A program made the position numbers and the translations under genes. Below the pieces are notes generated by a model, which made no database searches, was not told where the DNA came from, and saw only the letters and a program-made list of their open reading frames with translations. DNA of 64,000 nucleotides from Octopus vulgaris (taxonomy: Eukaryota), in the NCBI GenBank assembly GCA_951406725.2, contig OX597829.1, positions 38,564,001 to 38,628,000 on the forward strand, given 5' to 3'. Positions 47,580 through 59,507 of the stretch are shown here, piece after piece. Every line of letters begins with the position of its first letter. The stretch's first letter is position 1.

Positions 47580-47654
47580 CACACACACACAAGGATAAGC
47601 ATATTAAAAGAGGTCTGTGGGGAAATTCATTTAAATAAGAGTTGGGGATCTCTG
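47079..47654. mobile_element. hAT (Charlie-like) MITE interrupted by a microsatellite and a SINE
   Basis: Termini CGGTGGTTCCCAAC and GTTGGGGATCTCTG; 8-bp flanks GACTACAC and GTCTATAC (6/8 match). Confidence 0.65.
47226..47546 (-). mobile_element. SINE family D, full length
   Basis: Homologous to 21828-22121. Confidence 0.92.
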
Positions 47655-48008
47655 GTCTATACCATGCACATTAACACACGCACACACATAAACATGCAAG
47701 AAATATGCTTACTGTTATTTTAATTAATGTCAATGAGATATTTAATCACAGTGACTAAATGTGTAGTTGATGCTAAAAATTAAATAAATTGGAAGAATGG
47801 ATCTCAACTGCAACATAGAAAGAAACTATTTATGGCAAGTTGTCTCATAAGACATCTAAAAGTCTTCGTAACAGTTCACTTTGTGAGCCACTGTTAAACA
47901 AACAATGGTAGTTACTATTTAGCCACATCAGATGTAGCAGTTGAGAGAAAATAATGAAGCAGTCATTTTATACATCAAAACAAAGTAATTATATATATGT
48001 ATATATAT

Positions 48009-48324
48009 ATATATAGAAAGATAGTTGAAATACCTCTTGGAGGAATATATAGAAAGATAGTTGAAATACCTCTTGGAGGAATATATAGAAAGATAGTTGA
48101 AATTCCTCTTGGAGGAATATATAGAAAGATAGTTGAAATACCTCTTGGAGGAATATATAGAAAGATAGTTGAAATACCTCTTGGAGGAATATATAGAAAG
48201 ATAGTTGAAATACCTCTTTGAGGAATATATAGATAGTTGAAATACCTCATGGAGGAATATATAGATAGTTGAAATACCTTGTGAAGGAATATATAGAAAG
48301 ATAGTTGAAATACCTCTTGGAGGA
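48009..48324. repeat. 36-bp minisatellite ATATATAGAAAGATAGTTGAAATACCTCTTGGAGGA, 9 units
   Basis: Contiguous units; units 7 and 8 lack 4 bp; no spacers. Confidence 0.97.
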
Positions 48325-48428
48325 ATTAAGTTGGGACACTTAAATAAGTTAGGTTTTGGATTCAGGCCCAGTGTGGCACCTTGGGCTAGTGTCTTCTACT
48401 ATAGGCACCAACATGTCTGTATGTTTAA

Positions 48429-48619
48429 CTCTTCACAGAATACTTTGTCAAACTATAATGCTTATATATTCATATTCACAGCTTTGAGATTTCAATGCGT
48501 GACTGTTTATTTTTAAATGACATTGCAAGGTAGATGTGAGGAGCCAGATCTGGTAAGCTTGAACATAAAGCAAGTAAAATATTTTGGCTGATTTTATGGC
48601 CAGTTTAAATGCTAAAAAG
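48429..48619. mobile_element. piggyBac-type MITE, second family
   Basis: TTAA at 48425-48428 and 48620-48623; matches 35751-35970. Confidence 0.8.
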
Positions 48620-48624
48620 TTAAG

Positions 48625-49011
48625 AAATTGACTTCCCAACTATGTGGTTTGGGGTTCAGTCCCTCTGCAAGGCACCTTCAGCTTGTATCTTTTGTCTCAG
48701 GCCAGCCAAAGCCTTGTCAGTGTATTTGGTAGATGGAAACTGGAAGAATCTTGTCATATATGTAAGTGTTTGTGTCTCCTTATTTTGACATCATATTATT
48801 GTGAAACAAGTGTCATCGCCATTCTGTAGCTTTCATATCCAGTGCTCTCCAAAAACATACCTAGTCTTGGGAAAAATATTTTACTTGGAAACAGGTGAAG
48901 GTTAGTAACTGGAAGGACATCTAGCCATAGAAAATCTGCCTCAATGAATTGTGTGTGGCCCATGCAAGCAGAGAAAAGCAGATTTTAAAATTATGACAAT
49001 GATGATGATGA
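48625..49011 (+). mobile_element. SINE family E
   Basis: GGGTTCAGTCCC B-box; GGAAGGACATCTAGCC..CCCATGCAAGCA..(GAT)n tail. Confidence 0.78.
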
Positions 49012-49048
49012 TCCTTGGTAGTGCAGTTTTATTTAACCCTTTATTTAA

Positions 49049-49269
49049 CCCTTTAGCATTTTAACCAGCTATAATATCTGCCCCAAATTTTCTGCCTGTT
49101 TTATGTCCAAACTGGCCATATCTGGTCTCTCACCTATACCTAACAATGTCATTCAAAACACAAGCAATCACATAATCGAAATCTCAGAGCTACAAGATAA
49201 TGCATGATTAATTCAAAACAATGAATAAATGAGCATTACATGTGATGGAATGATGTGAATGCTAAAGAG
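49049..49269. mobile_element. piggyBac-type MITE, second family
   Basis: TTAA+CCCTTTAGCATT left TIR (terminus locally duplicated); AATGCTAAAGAG right TIR. Confidence 0.85.
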
Positions 49270-49659
49270 ATAAGCATGATGCTGAGAGTGCATTGTGACA
49301 CAACAGGTAGCTGGTGTGTAGTATGCCTATCTGTGAATTAAAAAAAAAAACATAAATATATGCAGCAGAAAAAGAAATGTAAATGTGTGTGTATGTGTGT
49401 ATCTTATGTTTGTATAGACCAGGTGTATATGATTAACAACTGTAGAATCGTTTTTTTTTTTTTTTTTTAAACTGAGAAATGGAAAAGAAAAAAAAAATCT
49501 TTAAAATTTCCTCAAGTAATTTAATATTCTGTTAATTTTGACCTTGTGTAGTGAATGTGTTATTTAATATTGTGGTGTGTGTGTGTATAAGCAGGTTGTT
49601 CATCTGTGATCGTTTCTCTTTGGGAACAGGGCATCTGCAGTCTTTCAACTATGTGGATG

Positions 49660-49925
49660 GGGATGGAGTGAAAGAGAAAAATTAAAGGGAGAAAGAGTGG
49701 GGTAGGATATTCAGAAAGAAAGGAGAAAGAGATGTTAAAATGGAGTGAGGGAGAGGGAGGGAGAGGGAAGTTGGAGTTAGAAAAGAACTGTGAAATGATG
49801 AAGTGAGATAGAGAGAAAGGATGAAAGGAAATATTGCAGAAAGAAGGAAAGAAAAGGTGAGGAAGGAAAGGGAATGGTGGTAGGCAAGTGAGAAGGATTA
49901 AGAAAAGCAGAAAGAGTGAAAGGTA
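49660..49925. repeat. Purine-rich (GA) low-complexity tract
   Basis: Strong A/G bias; resumes at 50490-50910. Confidence 0.85.
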
Positions 49926-49956
49926 AGTCACACACACACACACACACACATATGTG

Positions 49957-50000
<44 letters not shown>

Positions 50001-50004
<4 letters not shown>

Positions 50005-50084
50005 AAATAAGCAACAAGGATATCCAAGGTAGTGTAGTACAATCGTTTCATGCTACCTTGGATATCCTTGTTGCTTATTTTGAT
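50001..50084. repeat. Perfect 32-bp inverted repeat with a 20-nt loop
   Basis: ATCAAAATAAGCAACAAGGATATCCAAGGTAG at 50001-50032 and its exact reverse complement at 50053-50084. Confidence 0.97.
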
Positions 50085-50182
50085 TATAATCACCCCATTT
50101 GATTTATATGGATAATACCATACCAAATTCTGGTGCCTTTAACTTAAGTACCATATTCATCTGATACTAAATTTTACTGAAC
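50085..50182. mobile_element. Dispersed repeat in TA tracts
   Basis: Reverse complement of 56582-56675. Confidence 0.75.
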
Positions 50183-50217
50183 TTATATATGTATATATGT
50201 ATATATATATATATAAG

Positions 50218-50443
50218 TTACACGTCTTCCTCTCATTCAAAATGTGACCGCGTGTGTACTGTTGGCGATTTTTTTTTTTTTCCTCTGTCTTCCCTTCTCT
50301 GGATCTTTCCTTCTATGTTTCTGACGAAGAGCTCTGCTTGAAACGTTAAACCGTCCTTCTTTCCTGAGCGTCCAATAATACTATATTTGTTCCACGTCCT
50401 CGCGTTGTTGTGTTTTTTTGTGCTTTCTTATTTGGATTAACTT
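50218..50443 (+). mobile_element. Penelope-like terminal repeat fragment in a TA tract
   Basis: Homologous to 26283-26478; carries a hammerhead motif. Confidence 0.78.
50317..50351 (+). ncRNA. Minimal type I hammerhead ribozyme motif
   Basis: GUUU-CUGACGA-A-GAGC(UCU)GCUU-GAAAC-GUU-AAAC: canonical CUGANGA and GAAA, 4-bp stems I and II, palindromic ACGU stem III. Confidence 0.8.
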
Positions 50444-50493
<50 letters not shown>

Positions 50494-51362
50494 AGAGAGA
50501 GAGTAAAAGAAATGGTTAAAAAGAATGCGAACAGGAAAAAGTGAGAGTGAGTTTAAGAAGAAAAAGTGGTAGAAATAGATAGAGAGCAACATACAGAAAT
50601 GTAGAGGATGAATGAGAGGAAGACATGTAACCTAGAGGATTAAATGGAGAGAGAGTAAGAGAGTGTGTGTAAGGGATGGTAAAGAGATGGATGGAAATGG
50701 AATAAGAGATATCGTGAAGAGCTAGGTAGGAGTTAGAAATGAAAAGGGCTGAGGTAGAATGTAAAATAATGGGAAAGTAAGAATAAGAGATAGGAGTAGT
50801 AAGAGAAAGAAGAAAAAGATGAAGAGGAACAGATATGAGATGTGAAAATATGGAAGAGAAAGAGAAGGGAAAGAATGGATAGTGTGAAAGACTAAATGAA
50901 GAAGGAGAAAGCCAGATGGTTCTTTGAATTACCTGATCAAACTAGACAATATGCTGCAACTTGTCAAAATTTAAGGAACTGTCAACTGACAAATCTATGA
51001 AATTATTGCATGCAAGAGTGTGTGTGTATGTGAGAATATTTTTCACTTACAATATATACTTTGTATTCAATGAAGGAGTTTTAGTATGGTCAGTTGATCT
51101 GCTAGAAATAAGACAAATCTCCCTCAAATCACATATTCTATGATTTTTTTTTTTTTTTTGTTAAAGAAAAATGTGGAGGTAAGATGTGTTATATAGTGTG
51201 GTCCTTCACACAGTCACTATTCCTGAAAACAAGGAGAGCTGATCATGCACTGTTCGGGCCAGCTGGGCCTAAACGACAACATCAACAACTTCAGTCAACA
51301 GTTTCAAACTCAAATACAGGGCCTAACTGCACTTAAATAACAGAATTAAATTGATAGATATG

Positions 51363-51591
51363 AGGCGGTGAGCTGGAAGAAGCGTTAGTGTGTCAGACGA
51401 AACGCTTAGTGGAATTTCGTCTGTCGCTACATTCTGAGTTCAAATTCAGCCAAGGTTGACTTTGCCTTTCATCCTTTCGGGGTCGATAAATTAAGTACCA
51501 GTTACGCACTGCAGTTGATGTAATCGACTTAATCCCTTTGTCTGTCCTTGTTTGTCCCCTCTGTGTTTAGCCCCTTGTGGGTGGTAAAGAA
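51363..51591 (+). mobile_element. SINE family B, full length
   Basis: 9-bp TSD ATAGATATG at 51354-51362 and 51592-51600. Confidence 0.95.
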
Positions 51592-51852
51592 ATAGATATG
51601 CTTCAAAAAAAGTTCAAATATACTACCTCCAATAAAACTGTTAATAAGTTATGACAATGAAGATGTGTGACCTAGAGGTTAGGATGTTGAGCTCTCAGTC
51701 ATAAGGTCTTAGATTCAATTCTTGGACTAGCTACTGCATTGTGTTCTTGAGCAAGGTACTAGTTTTCACCTTGCTCTTATCTATTCAACTGAAAAAAGGA
51801 CTAGTAGACTGGTGCTGGTTACTCTCTCTCTCTCCTACATTCTTAAGGTTCT

Positions 51853-52086
51853 TATTCCTTTATTGCCCACAAGGGGCTAAACACAGAGAGGACAAACAAG
51901 GACAGACAAACGGATTGTCGATTACATCGACCCCAGTGCATAACTGGTACTTATTTAATTGACCCCGAAAGGTTGAAAAGCTAAGTCAACCTTGGCAGAA
52001 TTTGAACTCAGAACGTAAAGTCAGATGAAATACCACTAAGCATTTCACTCGCCATTCTAATGTTTCTGCCAGCTCGCTACCTTAAA
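51853..52086 (-). mobile_element. SINE family B, full length
   Basis: 17-bp TSD TACA(T/C)TCTTAAGGTTCT at 51836-51852 and 52087-52103. Confidence 0.95.
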
Positions 52087-52454
52087 TACACTCTTAAGGT
52101 TCTGTTAGGTCAAAGGAGAAGGCTGAAAGTATGTATGCATGTGATGACATAAACATCTTTGTAAAAACATGGTACAAGGTATCACATCATAGTCTCTTGT
52201 GAGTGACTAAGTTTTTCCCAACTGCATTCCCGCATTATGAAATGCCAGCAGAAAAGTGCTATAAGTATACAACCAAAAACTGCCTTAAATAATGATAGAA
52301 ACTATATTCTGGGGATATACAATGCACAGAAACAGAGGGATCAAGGCTAATCTGTCACATATTGTTGTCAGAGGTTACCATGAAAGGAGGTACCTCCTAA
52401 CTGAAGTATCACTTCTCATAGGTGACAGCATATGTCTCAAAGAACTGGAGAAAT

Positions 52455-52675
52455 TATAATCGTCCTTTCTACTATTGACACAAGACCTGAAATTTTGTAG
52501 GAAGGGGAATAGTCAATTACATTAACCAGTTCTCAATTGGTAATTAATTTTGTCAGCCCTGAAAGAGTGAAAGGCAAAGTTGACTTCAGTGGAATTTGAA
52601 CTCAGTGTGTAAAGATGAACAAAATGCTTAACAACATGTTAACAGCATGCTAACAATTCTGCCAGCTTACCTACT
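52455..52675 (-). mobile_element. Older family B-type SINE
   Basis: CCTTTCTACTA..CCTGAAATTTT tail; GAAAGGCAAAGTTGAC..ATTTGAACTCAG. Confidence 0.8.
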
Positions 52676-53654
52676 TAACAATAATAATAATCCTTTCTAC
52701 AATGGGCACATGGCCACCTACTATGAAGTTTGGGGATGGGGTAATTTTTTAAAAGATGTCAGTACTTGACTAGTACTTTATAGATCCCAGAGTAAAATCA
52801 CAAAAGTCCATTGATTGTATGAAACAAAAAGCAGTCAGTTTAACAGTACACCAGAATATTACTGGTGCTTATTTAATTAAAATAAAAATTCTAAATGAAA
52901 TTTTGTTCTTCAAACATCAATTTGACATCTCTTTGCTTCAAAATTTTTATTTTCCTCAATTTTTTGTACTTTAATTAGTTATAATTAATACATTCGTTTA
53001 ATGATTTGAAGTAGCAGCAGTAGCAGTAGTGGTAGTAGTTGTAGTAATGGTGTATTTAGTTAATTGTTATTGTGTGTTTTATAGTTTGTAACTTAGTTAA
53101 TTAGTCACATAGTTGTAGAGTAATACAGTTCTTAATTAGACATATGATAGTGTGTGAATATATGTGCATATATGCATTCATAGATATATGAATGTATACA
53201 TCGAAATACTTATATGGATACACATGGACTCACACATAATTAGTTACATAATTAGCATTATTGTTATTTATAATCGTTAATTATTTAATAGTCTATATAA
53301 ATAGTTAATTATATTTCAACAACGCTGTACTTTTTGTTGGTATTTTTGTTGTGCTGCTGCTACTACCACCACCACCACCACTACTACTACTACTACTATT
53401 ACTACTACTACTACTATCGTCATTGATCTTATTTCTTCTGGTTTGATTCAATATTGGTTTTGTTGTCTTCCATAATTTACTATTTGTTTTACATTCTCTT
53501 TTGTAGAGAAGATATTTATAGCAACTATTAAGTTGTTAAGTTCATTGTTCTGAAGATGAAAAAGAAAAGATAATAATAATAATAATAATGATAACCTAAG
53601 ATTAGTTCCAAATATATTGTAGAATTGCAAAAGATTTTAATTAGAATACTTAAT

Positions 53655-54205
53655 TTGTTGTTGTGCTGATCAAGCAGATCTATGACCAAATATATTCCAA
53701 CCAGGACCCTCACCTCATTTTGAAGTACCTAAGACAGCGTTCTCCCTTTCCTTTTCATAAGATGGTATGTGTGATATGAAAGCGATTCAACTGTAATTTA
53801 TTTATTGTAGGTTGAACGACCATGTAGAGGCTTAAATCGTGGTTTACCACGTTGTGTTGCTGTTGTTATTTAGTCCCTGGGCAACCATTGTCAAACATGC
53901 AGTCCAACCATGACCATCTCAACTGGGTTTTTTTTTCTGTTTTTCAAATTATATATGTAGAATCACATTATCCAGTTACCTTTTTAAGTTAAGGGGGAGA
54001 TTTAACTGCTTTTTCTAGCAGGTTAGACAACCATATAGAGGCATCTTTGTTAGCTGACTGTGGGTCTTGTGTTGCTGTTGTTTAGCCCTAGTCCAACTTA
54101 GAGGAGCTTGATCTATGATCAAAAGACATTCTGACCATGACCACCTATTTTAATTATCCGATATTTCATTTCATCAAAAGACATTTTAGTTATGGCTATC
54201 ACCTT
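53655..54205 (-). mobile_element. Three tandem degenerate family F copies
   Basis: Repeated GTTGTT..TTAG(T)CCC, GATCTATGA.CAAA, CCATGACCA and TAGAGGC motifs. Confidence 0.6.
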
Positions 54206-54386
54206 TTATTAGGTATTTGTTTATTTTTACATCCACTTTTCCATGCTAGCATGGGTTGGACTATGGACTAGGGCGCCACCTCAATTTTCAGACAAGATGT
54301 TTGAGTTATGAAAGAGGAGAGAAAAAAATAGGTAAATGAATCACATCTGCCAATATACAATATTTTTTGGCATACATGTCAACATA

Positions 54387-54538
54387 GGTGTGGCTGTGTG
54401 GTAAGAAGCTTGCTTCACATCCACATGGTTCCCAGTTCAGTCCTACTGTGTAGCACCTTGAGTAAGTGTCTTCTACTATAGCCTCAGGTCAACCAAAGCC
54501 TTGAGTGGATTTGGTAGACCAAAACTGAAAAGAAGCCC

Positions 54539-54572
<34 letters not shown>

Positions 54573-54820
54573 CCATGCCAGCATGGAAAGTGGACATTAA
54601 ATGATGATATATACACACACACCAGTACTTGTCAATCAATGTTGGTGTGTTTACATTCCGTTCGTGGTTTGGCAACAGTGATCAATGAAATAAGTACCAC
54701 GCTTAATTAAAAAAAGCTACTAGGGTCAATTCATTCAACTAAAAAAAATGTTTCAATGCAGTGCCCCAGCATGGCCATAGTCTAATGATTGAAATGAGTT
54801 AAAGATAGGATAAAAGAGAG
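54387..54820 (+). mobile_element. SINE family A with an internal RTE-type tail remnant
   Basis: Head and tail of family A; ACCCATGCCAGCATGGAAAGTGGACATTAAATGATGAT at 54571-54608 inside the central microsatellite. Confidence 0.88.
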
Positions 54821-54925
54821 TATTTAATGTAAACATGTAGTGTTAACGTTTGAACATCATCACTATCTTCCCAGATCCTGTTGTGTTTCTCATAGAATTT
54901 TTGGTCCTCCAAAGTTATCTTGGCA

Positions 54926-54997
54926 TTTAAGTCAACCTATCTGTTTTTGGCTCTAAATTTTGGTCTGAAAAGTTTGACTTATATGCTGGAAAATTTA
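54926..54997. mobile_element. Possible degenerate pogo/Tigger-type TIR fragment
   Basis: TAAGTCAACC ... TTGACTTATATGCTGGAAAATTTA resembles TCGACTTATACGCCGGAAAATACG termini; partner TIR not found. Confidence 0.3.
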
Positions 54998-55690
54998 TTT
55001 CTTTTTAAAGATGTAGTATGAGGAAAGTTGGTTACTATTTTTGGTAGATTAAGAGGCACACAGGGACTCCTCCATTGATATTTCATTGGCATGGAGGAAG
55101 AAGATGAGTTGCTGGGTGAGGAATAGAACTGTAAGGATATGTTACAGATCACTGTCCAAATATTGGAATTTTCCAGATGTATTTATCTAAGTCCAGAAAT
55201 AGCAGCTGTCCAAAACCGTTTGGATTATTTAGTGAGATGTGGTCATAAAAATAAAGTTTATCAATGCATTTCTAAAATAAACTTCAGAAAGATTATGATG
55301 TTTAATCCAGATATTAAATTGTCTGGTTATAGATATGAAAAATATCCAATAACTGACTGAGCGAAGTATACAGTTAATTTAATGTTAGCACACTTAACGC
55401 TATGACCATCAAAAATTCTAATTAAAAATATTTGTATGGTGAAGAAAAGACAATATTTAGCCCAATGACTCATTTTATTTTAATCACTTTCCAGCAAGGT
55501 TGGGCGGTAACTTCAGATATGGTTTCGCTTCATTAGTGTTGTTTTCTTGTTTTGACATTGATAGTGTCAATTGTTTACAACTATTACACATACATCATAC
55601 ATGTAGGGTCAGTCATTTCCAACATTCTGTGAAAACATGTCTGGTCATTGGGAAACATTGCCTTCCTTGTAAAAGTTGAGGAAGTGGAGG

Positions 55691-55721
<31 letters not shown>

Positions 55722-55724
<3 letters not shown>

Positions 55725-56381
55725 TCATCATCATCGTTTAGCGTCCGTTCTCCATGCTAGCATGGGTTGGACGGTTCGACCGGGGATCTGGGAAGCCAGA
55801 AGGCTGCACCAGGCTCCAGTCTTATCTGGCAGTGTTTCTACAGTTGGATGCCCTTCCTAACGCCAACCACTCCGTGAGTGTAGTGGGTGCTTTTTACGTG
55901 CCACCTGCACATGTGCCAGGCGAGGCTGGCAACGGCCACGGTCGGATTGGTGTATTTTATGTGCCACCGGCACGGAAGCCAGACGAGGCGGTGCTGGCAT
56001 CGGCCACGAGTCGGATAGTGCTTTTTACGTACCACCAGACCAGGGATCCTGGCTGGTTCAATTCGATTTCGATTTCGCTTGCCCCAACATGTCTTCACAA
56101 GCAAAGGGGGTTGGCATGGGTGCCTGTCGTCGGATGAGGTTCTATATCGACTTCGCTTGGCTCAACAGGTCTTTGTGTCCAAGGGAGGAAAGGCATTCAT
56201 AAGTGGGCTGGGCTCACTTGTCCTGCCTGGTCTTCTCACGTACAGAATATTTCCAAAGGTCTCGGTTGCTGGTCATTTCCTCAGTGAGGCCTAAAGTTCG
56301 AAGGTCGTGCTTCACCACCTCGTCCCAGGTTTTCCTGGGTCTACCTCTTCCACAGGTTCCCTCAACTGCTAAGGATTGGCA
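55722..56381 (-). mobile_element. 5'-truncated RTE-clade LINE: ORF C-terminus, 3' UTR and (GAT)n tail
   Basis: ORF end contiguous with family C modules and terminus. Confidence 0.9.
56214..56381 (-). pseudogene. C-terminal fragment of an RTE LINE reverse-transcriptase ORF
   Basis: CQSLAVEGTCGRGRPRKTWDEVVKHDLRTLGLTEEMTSNRDLWKYSVREKTRQDK* has the V-x-G-x-x-x-RGRP-x-x-x-W...D...R-x-x-W signature. Confidence 0.88.
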
Positions 56382-56400
56382 CATATATATATATATATAC

Positions 56401-56566
56401 ACGTTCTGAGTTCAAATTCCGACGAGGTCGACTTTGCCTTTCATCCTTTCGGGGTCGATTAAATAAGTACCAGTTACACACTGGGGTCGATATAATCGAC
56501 TTAATCCCTTTGTCTGTCCTTGTTTGTCCCCTCTGTGTTTAGCCCCTTGTGGGTAGTAAAGAAATA
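56401..56566 (+). mobile_element. SINE family B, 5'-truncated, young
   Basis: Consensus match from ACGTTCTGAG to TAAAGAAATA. Confidence 0.93.
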
Positions 56567-56681
56567 TATATATATATATAAATTCAGTAAAATTTAGATT
56601 CAGTTGAATGTGGTACTTAAGTTAAAGGCACCATAATTTAGTGTGGTATTATCCATATAATTCAAAATGGGGCTTGTTTTG

Positions 56682-56719
<38 letters not shown>

Positions 56720-57300
56720 CTCTGTACCTGTATTTATAAATCAGTGTTGATTATGTTGTGTTACTTCATTTACCACAAATTAGTAGTTCAACAAGTAGTG
56801 ATCAATAAAATCAGTACATGCCAGGCTGAAATATGAATTGGGATCAATGTCATCAAGTGCAATCTTTTGAAGGCAGTGCCATAGCATGGCCGTAGTCCAA
56901 TTACTGAAACTATTCAAAGAATGTTCCATTTGAAGGTTCTAACTATTAATTGGAAGAGGTGGTTCTTGTGTATTTGCTATTTATTTTTTTTTATTTTAAT
57001 TTTTAATTTTAATTTTTTTCCTTACAATTTGGATATTTTGCCAGTATGCAAAGTAGAGAACAATTGATTAAATATAAAACGCAGTAAAAGAGTTTAGCTG
57101 ATATAGAATGATGTGATGTGTTTTGTGCAAAAGTGAAAGAAATCAATAGTGCATAAGATTTAATTTGATATATTGCGAAAAGTCTGATATGTAATTTCCT
57201 ATTTTGAAATAGCAACTCTGCATTAACTAACACCAGGTTATACTTTCACAAGTCTTAGATTCCTTATTGTTCCAGTTATATACCTGTTAAAATTCCATAT

Positions 57301-57500
57301 ATCATCATCATCATTTAATGTCTGTTGCCCATACTGGCATGGGTTGGACTGTTTAACCAAAGCTGGGGAACTGCAGCAGACTCCAGTCTGATTTGGCATG
57401 GTTCTTATGGAAGGATGCTCTTCCTAATACCAACCATTTTACAGAGTATTTTTTATGTGGCACAGCATGGGCACTTTTACATGGCACTGCACTGGCACCA
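57301..57500 (-). mobile_element. Older family C 3' end
   Basis: (CAT)n, GCATGGGTTGGAC, GGATGCTCTTCCTAATACCAACC. Confidence 0.75.
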
Positions 57501-57566
57501 CACACACATATATTTTGAATTAAAAAACAGCTCTAGTTATGCAGATATTATCAGTTGCACATACAT

Positions 57567-57979
57567 ACTCTTTTACTCTTTACTCTTTTACTTGTTTCAG
57601 TCATTTGACTGCGGCCTTGCTGGAGCACCACCTTTAGTCGAGCAAATCACCCCCAGGACTTATTCTTTGTAAGCCTAGTACTTATTCTATTGGTCTCTTT
57701 TGCAGAACTGCTAAGTTACGGGGGCGTAGACACACCAGCATCAGTTGTCAAGCAATGTTGGGGGGACAAACACAGACACACAAATATATACACACACGTA
57801 CATATATACATATATATGACGGGCTTCTTTCAGTTTCCATCTACCAAATCCACTCATATGGCTTTTGTCGGCCGGAGGCTATAGTAGAAGACACTTGCCC
57901 ATGGTGCCACGCAGTGGGACTGAACCCAGAACCATGTGGTTCGTAAGCAAGGTACTTACCACACAGCCACTCCTGTGCC
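57567..57979 (-). mobile_element. SINE family A, full length
   Basis: Consensus match. Confidence 0.95.
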
Positions 57980-59029
57980 TATAGTGTATGTATTTTGTTG
58001 AAACGGGGTAGCATCTAGAGGAAAGGTCCTTTACATGACACTGAATATTACAGAATGCTAAGTGTCCCAGAGCAGGCAAGACAACTTGTGCCAAAGTGAT
58101 TGAGAATGATAGATACCGATATTTCACCCTTAATGTGGTTTATCAATACAATGTACTTGGAAAGGCATACGCCATGCATGAGTGACCGATCGCTCTGTAC
58201 TTACCTAATGCTTTGTCCAGAAGCATACATATATGAGTTCTATTCTAGATTATTAGTGTCACAATGTCTAAGTGAAATGTGTGTGTGTGTGTATAGAATG
58301 GGTATATGGTAATTTGTCTCAATGAATTATAGAGAAATTATGTAGAATCTGAAGAAATTAATTGTGGTCTAAACTGAATATTGTTTCTAATTCAGACACT
58401 CAGCCAGCAGTTTTTAATGGGAAATGGTTAGTTAATTGCATCAACTGCAATGTTTGACTGCCTTTCCTCCCAAGGGGATTAATAAAATATAATAGCAAAG
58501 TTGACCTTGGCAAAATTTGAACTTGGAGTATAAAGTGCCAGATCAAATAATGCAGGTCTAATGTTTTGGGACAGAACATTTCATTTTTTTGGAAATATAA
58601 AATGCCAACTGATGCTGAAAGATATATAACCCCAATCTATTTATCCTGCAACACCAATTGGCATTTCATTCCTCTAACTCTCACTCTATCTCACTATTTC
58701 TGACAAAAGGTTCTTTCTGAAATGTTATATTTTTCATCCTCCTTTGGCATAACATTTATTCAATTGTTACAAAGAATTGGCTTATTTATTTATTCATTTA
58801 ATTTTTGAGAACAAATGTCTGTTTATGACACTGGATAGCCAAGAGTTCATATACTCTCATCATTGCTGTCTGTATCACTGGCTAGTCCCCAGGTCAATTA
58901 TGACCACTCTGTCTTTTATTTGCATACAACGTAAGGGCATCCAACTGCAGAGATTAAGCCAAAATTGAAAATCTACGAGTGCAATGTGGTTTTCCAACCC
59001 ATTCAGAAGCATAGCACTAACCATAATTG

Positions 59030-59507
59030 TCATCATTGTTTAACATCCATTTTCCATACTGGTGTGGGATGGATGGTTTGGTAAGATCTAATTAACCAGA
59101 GGACTGTGCTGAGCATCACTATCTACCTCAGCATGGTTTCTGCTGCAGGGTGCCCTTGTTAATGCCAACCACTTTATTGAATGTATTGGGTGCTTTTTCT
59201 TTTCCTTTTTTTTTTTTGTGGCACTGATATATAGGATTCTTCATCATCATCATCGTTTAACTTCCGCTTTCCATGCTAGCATGGGTTGGACGATTTTGAC
59301 CGAGGGCTGGCGAACCAGATGGCTGCACCGGGCTCCAATCTTGATTTGGCACAGTTTCTTCTGCTGGATGCCCTTCCTAATGCCAACCACTCCGAGAGTT
59401 TAGTGGGTGCTTTTTAAGTGCCACTGGCATGAGGGGGGGGGCAGTCAGGTGGTACTGGCAACGACCTCACTCGAATCTTTTTACACTTGCCACTAGCACA
59501 GGTGCCA
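59030..59507 (-). mobile_element. Two adjacent family C 3' ends (older 59030-59225, younger 59241-59507)
   Basis: Both begin with (CAT)n-GTTTAAC and contain TGCCCTT..TAATGCCAACCACT. Confidence 0.85.

Noticed and set aside
48009-48324. CRISPR array (36-bp unit containing GTTGAAA and a hairpin)
   Set aside because: Units are contiguous with no unique spacers, there are no cas genes, and the context is eukaryotic
49560-50126. 188-aa ORF on the minus strand
   Set aside because: Spans microsatellites and a purine-rich tract
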